A stretch of DNA of 12,859 bases from Candidatus Woesearchaeota archaeon. Lineage in GTDB: Archaea; Nanobdellota; Nanobdellia; Woesearchaeales; UBA10216. Numbering within the stretch: the first letter of the stretch is position 1; every line of letters starts with the position of its first letter. Shown here one piece after another: positions 1 through 5,502 of the stretch. Made by a program: the position numbers and the translations under genes. Under the pieces are notes generated by a model. That model searched no databases. It saw nothing but the letters and a program-made list of their open reading frames with translations, and was not told the DNA's origin. Location: assembly GCA_016180085.1 (NCBI GenBank), contig JACPBX010000036.1, positions 1 through 12,859 of the forward strand, read 5' to 3'.

Positions 1-154
1 GGACGAAGTGATGAGACAAGCAGAGAAAGCTGGTGCCAAGATAACTAAACCTGCTCAGGATACCTTTTGGGGTGGATATGCAGGTTACTTCCAAGATCCG
101 GATGGTCATTTGTGGGAAGTGGCTTGGAATCCACAATGGAAGATTGAAGAATAG
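1..154 (+). CDS. VOC (glyoxalase/bleomycin-resistance) family protein, C-terminal part; 5' end lies outside the window
   Basis: The frame from nt 2 reads DEVMRQAEKAGAKITKPAQDTFWGGYAGYFQDPDGHLWEVAWNPQWKIEE* (TAG 152-154). FWGGY-GYF-DPDGH-WE is the typical C-terminal VOC motif. Not in the supplied ORF track because it is partial. Confidence 0.9.
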   Translation, partial: DEVMRQAEKAGAKITKPAQDTFWGGYAGYFQDPDGHLWEVAWNPQWKIEE

Positions 155-223
155 TTTTTGAAGAATTATCTTCTAAAAAACAATACGGCCCCAAACTTAG
201 TCATTCGGACAAATTGCGAATCC

Positions 224-249
224 GGCTGCCTTTATTTTGGCAGTTTTTT
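224..249 (+). terminator. Stem-loop followed by a U tract; putative terminator between convergent genes
   Basis: GGCTGCC (224-230) / loop TTTATTTT / GGCAGTT (239-245), then more T's. It lies between the VOC stop (154) and the convergent lipoprotein stop (264). Confidence 0.5.
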
Positions 250-263
250 GGATTACCGCTTGG

Positions 264-1046
264 CTATTCAAGCTTCACATAGTCCTGGTCGCGGCTGCCT
301 GGGAAATTGGCATCGCCGTTACGGGTTCCTTCAACAGGGCACGGCTCAGCGTCCCTTTCTGCTTTTGGGATGATGATGTTTTCAGGGTTTACCCCTCTGG
401 CAGCGTATTCGTCAAGCACAGCTGCTGACATGTGGAGGAATGGCGAGTCAAACACCTGCCCCCTGAAGCCGAACTGCTTCAGGCCTATGTCGAAGTTGTG
501 AATCTCTTGATGCGCGTAGCCGACCAGCTGCCCGGCCTTAACAGAGCTTCCTTGTCTAACTTCAGGCAGTTGGCTGATGTGAAAGAAGATAAAGTTCCAT
601 GAAGGCGCTGCATTGGCTGAGATGAACATTTGTTTTCCAGGAGGGGATTCAAGAAGCTCTGATACCTTTCCATCAAAAGGGGCAAAAATTTTCACTGTGT
701 TGCCAGCGCGCAATTTCTGGAGAGGTTCAACATAATGCTTCATGGACCTGAGTGTTTCCCTCTCCCCATTTTTGTTGAGGCCGCTGTAGTCATGCCCGAT
801 ACAGCTTCTGAATTTGGAAATCCTTTCTATCTGGGACAAGTCAAGGGGGTTGGCAACGATGAACTTGTCGCCGCTTTTCTGGATTACTGCCGTTGCTGTT
901 ACTGATGGTTCTGGAGAGGCTTTTCCAGACTCTCCAGCCTTGCTTGCATCTTCGGCTGGCTGTTGCTTATTCTCTTGAACACAACCGCTAACCAGAAAGA
1001 TAGTAAGTGCAACAACCGCAATAACGGTTAAAGCTTCTTTTTTCAT
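264..1046 (-). CDS. Putative lipoprotein with a peptidase M23/LytM-like hybrid fold (catalytic status unclear)
   Basis: N-terminus MKKEALTVIAVVALTIFLVSGC has basic residues, a hydrophobic stretch and a lipobox-like SGC, followed by a low-complexity linker. The core VKIFAPFDGKV...FFHI...GSSVKAGQLVGYA...HNFDIG follows the M23-like pattern (V-A---G-V ... G--V--GQ-IG ... H). Alternative GTG start at 1058 overlaps the corA stop (GTGA). Confidence 0.6.
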   Translation of the reverse strand: MKKEALTVIAVVALTIFLVSGCVQENKQQPAEDASKAGESGKASPEPSVTATAVIQKSGDKFIVANPLDLSQIERISKFRSCIGHDYSGLNKNGERETLRSMKHYVEPLQKLRAGNTVKIFAPFDGKVSELLESPPGKQMFISANAAPSWNFIFFHISQLPEVRQGSSVKAGQLVGYAHQEIHNFDIGLKQFGFRGQVFDSPFLHMSAAVLDEYAARGVNPENIIIPKAERDAEPCPVEGTRNGDANFPGSRDQDYVKLE

Positions 1047-1054
1047 CTTTGAGC

Positions 1055-2035
1055 TCACAGCCAGTCGTTCTTCTTTGCGTAGAAAAAGATGGCGGCCATT
1101 AATGCCAGGGTTGACCCGGTTACCGCGTAGAAGCCCCAGTCGTACTGCGCAAATGGTATGACGCTGAAGTTCATCCCGAATATTCCTGATATCAGTGTTG
1201 GTATGAGCAGTATCAGTCCGTAAGCGGCAAGCCTCTTCATAACCATGTTCAGGTCGTTTGATATGATAGCCAGCCTGTTGTTTACGCCTGTTGCGTAAAC
1301 TGTCAGGGTGTCGCTCAGCATCTCCTTTTGTGCCGCGGCCACGTCTATCTGGTGCAGGAATGTTTCGTGGACATCGCCCAGCAGCCTGATGCTCTCGGTA
1401 TCAATGCTGACCTGCGCTACACCCATTCTTATAAGCGAGATGACCCGTGTTGTTGCCCAGAACTGCCTGCTGAGCTTGTACAGCTGCGATTTGAGGTACA
1501 TTATGTCCTCGACCTTTACCCTGGACTCTGTCTCGAACAAAGCTGCCTTGAATTCTATGTTTTTTATCTGCTCCTCTATCTTCCCGAGGACCTCATAGTT
1601 CTCGTCAACGTCTTCCTGCAGGAAGTTGCAGAGTATGTGGCCTATGCTTCTTACCTTTGTCTTCCTGAACTCCTCAAACAGGTTGTCCACAAGCTCATCA
1701 TAATACCTTGATTCCTTTGACGAAGCCACTATCAGGCATTGGGGTGTAAGAACGAAAAGCAGGTTTGTGAAGTCCACCTTGCCGTTTTCTAGGAAGACAG
1801 ACCTCATCACGAACTGGAAAGGGACTGTTATGAACCTTCTGGAATGGAATTCCTTCGCAAAGTTGTTAATGGGCTTCTTGTCGAACTTGAAGTCATAGGC
1901 AACCTTGTCAATCTCTTCCCTGCCAGGCCTGCTTAAGAAGATGAGAAGGTAGTCTTTCTTCCCCGGCTTTGGGTAGTCAAGCGTTGAGCCTTTCTTTGCA
2001 GAGCCTTTTTCGCCAAACAGGACGTAGCTTATCAT
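1055..2035 (-). CDS. corA: CorA-family Mg2+/Co2+ transporter
   Basis: 326 aa with a large soluble N-terminal domain and two C-terminal TM helices. The GMN signature (GIFGMNF) ends TM1 and is followed by an aromatic loop (PFAQYDWGFY). GAGGA SD-like sequence precedes ATG 2035. Confidence 0.93.
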   Translation of the reverse strand: MISYVLFGEKGSAKKGSTLDYPKPGKKDYLLIFLSRPGREEIDKVAYDFKFDKKPINNFAKEFHSRRFITVPFQFVMRSVFLENGKVDFTNLLFVLTPQCLIVASSKESRYYDELVDNLFEEFRKTKVRSIGHILCNFLQEDVDENYEVLGKIEEQIKNIEFKAALFETESRVKVEDIMYLKSQLYKLSRQFWATTRVISLIRMGVAQVSIDTESIRLLGDVHETFLHQIDVAAAQKEMLSDTLTVYATGVNNRLAIISNDLNMVMKRLAAYGLILLIPTLISGIFGMNFSVIPFAQYDWGFYAVTGSTLALMAAIFFYAKKNDWL

Positions 2036-2130
2036 TGCGCTTCCTCTTTTGCATGATCTTTGTCGTCGATCCGTCCACAGTTTGCCAGTAACAGGTCGGC
2101 GGCTCTTCCTGCTTTTGACTAAACAGCCCC

Positions 2131-2219
2131 TTATTTAAACTTTGCCTTTTTGATGCGTGAGCTGAAAAATCAGTTTAGGCGATTTTTCCAAACGCGGAAT
2201 TTGGAAAAAATATTTAAAC
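2131..2219. promoter_or_regulatory. Divergent archaeal promoter region (corA / methyltransferase) with two TATA-like boxes and inverted repeats
   Basis: TTATTTAAAC at 2131-2140 reads TTTAAATA on the minus strand, towards corA. TATTTAAAC at 2211-2219 follows an A-rich BRE-like run and lies about 27 nt before ATG 2246. Inverted repeats at 2164-2188 and 2183-2209. Confidence 0.5.
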
Positions 2220-2245
2220 GCGCCAGAGGCAGTTTTGCAATTGTC

Positions 2246-2773
2246 ATGAAAAAGCAGGTTTTCAGGTTATTGGCAAATTTTGTTTTTCGGACAGGGCAAT
2301 TCAATAACAGGTCTGTAAGGGAATTTGCACAGCGAATCAGGGATAAAACTATTCTGGAGCTGGGCAGTGGGAGGATGGAAGGGGGGAAATACAGTTACTC
2401 CCTGAGGCGTTTTTTTGACCGTTCCAACAGGTTCCTTCAGTCCGATGTTGTTAAGGAGTTCGGGCACAGGGTTGTAGACGTAACGAAAATGAATTACAAA
2501 AGCGAGTTTGATGTCATACTGTGCACCAATGTTTTGGAGCACGTGTTTGATTTTCATAAGGCTGTTGTTAACATTTATGCTGCTTTGAAAAGCGGCGGCG
2601 CGGCAGTGATTTTTGTCCCGGCATTTTATCCCTTGCATGATGAGCCGAATGACTTTTGGAGGTTTACGGAGCACTCCCTGAAAATTCTGCTTAAGAAGTT
2701 CAGGAGAGTTGAAATCAGGCACAGTGGTTTGCGCCAGTATCCTTTCGCGTATTACGTTGAGGCATACAAATAG
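2246..2773 (+). CDS. Class I SAM-dependent methyltransferase (Methyltransf_11-like)
   Basis: Motif I ILELGSG, acidic motif LQSDV, then FDVILCTNVLEHV and LKSGG. The start is placed at ATG 2246 rather than TTG 2150 because a TATA-like box sits inside the extended ORF. Confidence 0.85.
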   Translation: MKKQVFRLLANFVFRTGQFNNRSVREFAQRIRDKTILELGSGRMEGGKYSYSLRRFFDRSNRFLQSDVVKEFGHRVVDVTKMNYKSEFDVILCTNVLEHVFDFHKAVVNIYAALKSGGAAVIFVPAFYPLHDEPNDFWRFTEHSLKILLKKFRRVEIRHSGLRQYPFAYYVEAYK

Positions 2774-2803
2774 GATTTAAGCCGCTCTGCAAAGGCTTTG
2801 AAC

Positions 2804-2839
2804 ATGCTAAAGATTGACGGAGGTTAGTTGGAGGGTTAA
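2804..2839 (+). pseudogene. Decayed remnant of the rtcA 5' end (MLKIDGG*LEG*)
   Basis: ATG CTA AAG ATT GAC GGA GGT TAG TTG GAG GGT TAA aligns without gaps to the start of the intact rtcA at 4383 (MIKLDGSYGEG). Five of 11 residues are identical (M, K, D, G... E, G pattern), with L/I and I/L swaps, and TAG falls at the Tyr codon. Same strand, 30 nt after the methyltransferase stop. It is short, so chance similarity cannot be fully excluded. Confidence 0.7.
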
Positions 2840-4382
2840 AATTTGCTTTTTCGGGTAATAGTTACCGGAAATCTTACGAAATAAAGCACTGGACACTGGA
2901 CAGATGCCCGGCGAGGGTATATAAACTACTTCTTCATAAGGCTCGGATGACCGCAGAGCTGCCAAAATTGTGATTTTCCCTTGCGCGGCAAGGTCGGCTT
3001 TACAACCTAAAATCACATTAGGCAGCTCCGCTTAAAGTCCTCCTCGCCAAACTACGGAGGTTTCTTTCCTAATGGAAGAAACCTCAACGCGTGATTGAGG
3101 TTTCAGGGGTAAAGAAAATGGTAAAAATAGATTTGCATTTACAAAAATCATTAACTAGCTATAAGAATAAATCTCCCTCTGTTAAGACTCTTATTCATTG
3201 GTACGATTTATATGAAAGACATAGTATCAAAATCGAAAATAACTTTCTGCTTCTGCTTTTAAGAAGGGCTATCTACAAAGCAGGCAATATATCAAATTTG
3301 GGTAAAGAACTTCATATTTCCAGAAAAGTCCTCTCAACTCTGCTTCATGGAAGGTATAACCCAAAAATTATTACTTTAAGAAAAGTAGCAGAGTATGTAA
3401 ACTACCCTTTAAATAAGATTGATAAAAAAGTTATCGAATTACGAAACCTCAAGCCAAACCTCCCTTTTAATCTTAATACAAAGGAAGGTGCGGAGATAAG
3501 AGCAGCTTTTTTATCTGATGGCCATAACGATAAAAATCCTGCAGGTAAGCCACAATATTGTGCTTTAGAGAAAGAATTGCACGTACGTTTGATTGAGCTT
3601 TGTGGCATAGTTTTTGGTGCTTTTAAAGCTAAGACAATTTTTAACAACAGATCATATATAACACGCTTTCCCGCGGTTTTGGGTTCTGCCCTAAAACTAA
3701 GCGGAGTTCCGAGAGGGAGTAAGCAAATAGCAAATTGCTATGTGCCAAAAGATATATTTCTCGGGAGTAAACAAATCCAAACGGCTTATTTAAGAAGATG
3801 TTTTGATGATGAAGGCGATGTTTGTTTTGATTCTCATGGAAAGCGTGCAGTCAGATTGGCAAGAAGCGTTGATATAACTACTAGCTGCAATTGGAATAAT
3901 CTCCCTTCTGAGAAATGGATAAGGTACAATTTGCCTGACACAATCAGAAATAATTTGCTGTTTGGGGAATGGCTTTTGCTTCTCAGGCTAAAAATAGACG
4001 CCAGATTTTATCCTGAAGGCATATACCTCTCTAAAAATAAGCAAATTACAGCAAAATGGCGAATACAAATTGGTCAGCAAGATAATGTGCGTAGATTCTC
4101 GAACTTGATAGGTTTCAATTTAAGAAACAAAAAAGAAAAATTGAGTAAAATGATAAATTCCTACAAATTTAGAAAACTACCAAACGGCGAAGGGAGAAAA
4201 CAGGCATTATTCTTTATCAGGAAAGTTTATAATGAGAAAGGCTACTTCCAATTTAATGACTTGGGAAAAGAATTAGTTGCTGGTGGCAGGAGTCACGATT
4301 TAGCAGGCATGTATTTAAAAGAATTTATCGAAAGGGGTCTCATTAGCAAAGTTAAGCGCGGAATTTATATTTTTAAGCAAAA
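2840..4382 (+). mobile_element. Putative free-standing homing-endonuclease element inserted at the rtcA 5' end (structured non-coding region plus LAGLIDADG ORF)
   Basis: Bounded by the rtcA remnant on the left and the intact rtcA start on the right. Much more AT-rich than the flanks: by hand count 15/60 G+C at 3121-3180 and 17/60 at 3601-3660, versus 38/60 at 4681-4740 in rtcA. Exact boundaries are inferred. Confidence 0.6.
2849..3104. ncRNA. Candidate structured RNA/leader of unknown family
   Basis: Complementary segments: 2849-2858/2862-2871; 2910-2917/3041-3048; 2953-2963/3021-3031; 2969-2977/3009-3017; 2979-2984/2988-2993; 2992-2996/3003-3007; 3057-3069/3074-3085; 3078-3087/3095-3104. 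No convincing tRNA, SRP, RNase P or group I core motifs were recognised. Confidence 0.5.
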
Positions 4383-4386
4383 ATGA
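3118..4386 (+). CDS. Double-motif LAGLIDADG (DOD-type) endonuclease-like protein with an N-terminal XRE-like HTH and a C-terminal winged-helix-like region
   Basis: Motif 1 is AEIRAAFLSDGH and motif 2 is AYLRRCFDDEGDV, both with acidic residues at the catalytic positions. HTH-like GNISNLGKELHISRKVLSTLLHGRYNPKIITLRKVAEYV; C-terminal YLKEFIERGLISKVKRGIY. No intein splicing blocks (no N-terminal C/S block, no terminal HN). ATG 3118 has a GGGGT SD (3106-3110); the track's GTG 3091 lies within a hairpin. Confidence 0.8.
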   Translation: MVKIDLHLQKSLTSYKNKSPSVKTLIHWYDLYERHSIKIENNFLLLLLRRAIYKAGNISNLGKELHISRKVLSTLLHGRYNPKIITLRKVAEYVNYPLNKIDKKVIELRNLKPNLPFNLNTKEGAEIRAAFLSDGHNDKNPAGKPQYCALEKELHVRLIELCGIVFGAFKAKTIFNNRSYITRFPAVLGSALKLSGVPRGSKQIANCYVPKDIFLGSKQIQTAYLRRCFDDEGDVCFDSHGKRAVRLARSVDITTSCNWNNLPSEKWIRYNLPDTIRNNLLFGEWLLLLRLKIDARFYPEGIYLSKNKQITAKWRIQIGQQDNVRRFSNLIGFNLRNKKEKLSKMINSYKFRKLPNGEGRKQALFFIRKVYNEKGYFQFNDLGKELVAGGRSHDLAGMYLKEFIERGLISKVKRGIYIFKQK

Positions 4387-5498
4387 TAAAATTGGATGGC
4401 TCATACGGTGAAGGCGGAGGTGCCATTTTGAGAATGGCTTTGGCACTCTCTTCTATTACTCTTCAACCCTTCGAGATTGTCAACATCCGCAAAGGGCGCC
4501 CTAATCCAGGCCTTCAGCCGCAGCACTTGGCATGCATAAAAGCCTTGGAAGATCTTTGCAACGCTTCTTCGGAAGGCGCTGAGGCAGGTTCTGCGACGGT
4601 AAAATTTTTTCCAGGCAAAGCTCAATCCCGCACATTAAGCATTGATATCGGCACTGCCGGCTCAGTTACTCTGCTGCTGCAGGCTGTTCTGCTCCCGGCA
4701 TTGTTCGCTCCAGGGAAGGTCCGCCTCAATCTGGCAGGCGGCACAAACGTGATGCGCAGCCAGCCTGCTGAGTATTTCAGCGAGGTTTTCCTTCCTCACA
4801 CAGCTCGTTTTGGCAGCTGCAGCTTTTCGCTATTGCGGCGGGGGTATTTTCCTAAGGGTGGCGGGAAGGCGGAGCTTGAGATAAGGCCGCTTTTCCGCCT
4901 TGGTGACTACGACACTTTTGCAGATTTCAGGAAAGCCGTTTCGCAGCAACTGCCAGGAATAAACCTGGCTGAAAGGGGAAAGCTCCTGAAAATAGCCGGG
5001 ATATCGCATGCCTCAGCGGATTTGAAAAAGGCTGAGGTTGCTGAAAGGCAGGCGCATTCAGCGAAGATTTCGCTTTCTCGGCAGCTGCTGAAAATTGGCA
5101 TAAGCTGCGGGATAACCATCCGGGCAGAGTACTCAGAATCCTTTTCAACAGGTTCAGGGATAACACTGTTTGCTTATTTCTCGGCTGCTGGAAAGGATGA
5201 CATTGATGCTGCCAATCCTGTAATTCTTGGCGCTGATGCGCTTGGCGAGCGTGGCAAAAAGGCCGAGGTTGTTGGCCAGGAAGCTGCAACTGCTTTGGTC
5301 AGGGAAATAAGCTCAGGGGCGTGCGTTGACCATTATCTTGCGGACCAGCTCATTCCTTTTATGGCCATTGCCGGCAACAGCAGGATTCTGACTTCGGAAG
5401 TAACAAACCATTGCCTTGCCAACATGTTTGTCGTGGAGAAATTCCTTGGCAGGTGCCTTGAGGCAGATAAGGAAAGAAAAGTGGTTCTGACTATTTGA
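4383..5498 (+). CDS. rtcA: RNA 3'-terminal phosphate cyclase
   Basis: DGSYGEGGGAILR, IR-GR--PGL--QH, GTAGS, GGT, RGYFPKGGG and YLADQL motifs. The adenylated His context is present (VTNHCLAN, equivalent to SCHLLTN in E. coli). The start overlaps the upstream stop (ATGA). Confidence 0.95.
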   Translation: MIKLDGSYGEGGGAILRMALALSSITLQPFEIVNIRKGRPNPGLQPQHLACIKALEDLCNASSEGAEAGSATVKFFPGKAQSRTLSIDIGTAGSVTLLLQAVLLPALFAPGKVRLNLAGGTNVMRSQPAEYFSEVFLPHTARFGSCSFSLLRRGYFPKGGGKAELEIRPLFRLGDYDTFADFRKAVSQQLPGINLAERGKLLKIAGISHASADLKKAEVAERQAHSAKISLSRQLLKIGISCGITIRAEYSESFSTGSGITLFAYFSAAGKDDIDAANPVILGADALGERGKKAEVVGQEAATALVREISSGACVDHYLADQLIPFMAIAGNSRILTSEVTNHCLANMFVVEKFLGRCLEADKERKVVLTI

Positions 5499-5502
5499 AC
5501 TA

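Noticed and set aside
2036-2130. Leader peptide or Mg2+-sensing leader upstream of corA
   Set aside because: No short ORF with a credible start and SD, and no recognisable M-box-like structure.
2807-3016. 69-aa minus-strand ORF across the structured region
   Set aside because: No SD or recognisable motif; the extensive base pairing is better explained as non-coding.
2849-3104. Assignment as group I intron, RNase P RNA, SRP RNA or tRNA (fragments such as CCGCAG, TAAAGTCC, GGCTTTA)
   Set aside because: The motif fragments are in the wrong order or lack partners: no P4 5' strand, no GAGGAAAGUCC, no SRP helix-8 motif, no cloverleaf. No splice restores rtcA convincingly, and the remnant contains an in-frame TAG.
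3091-4386. Intein
   Set aside because: No flanking extein in frame and no splicing motifs. The ORF has its own SD/ATG and stop codon.
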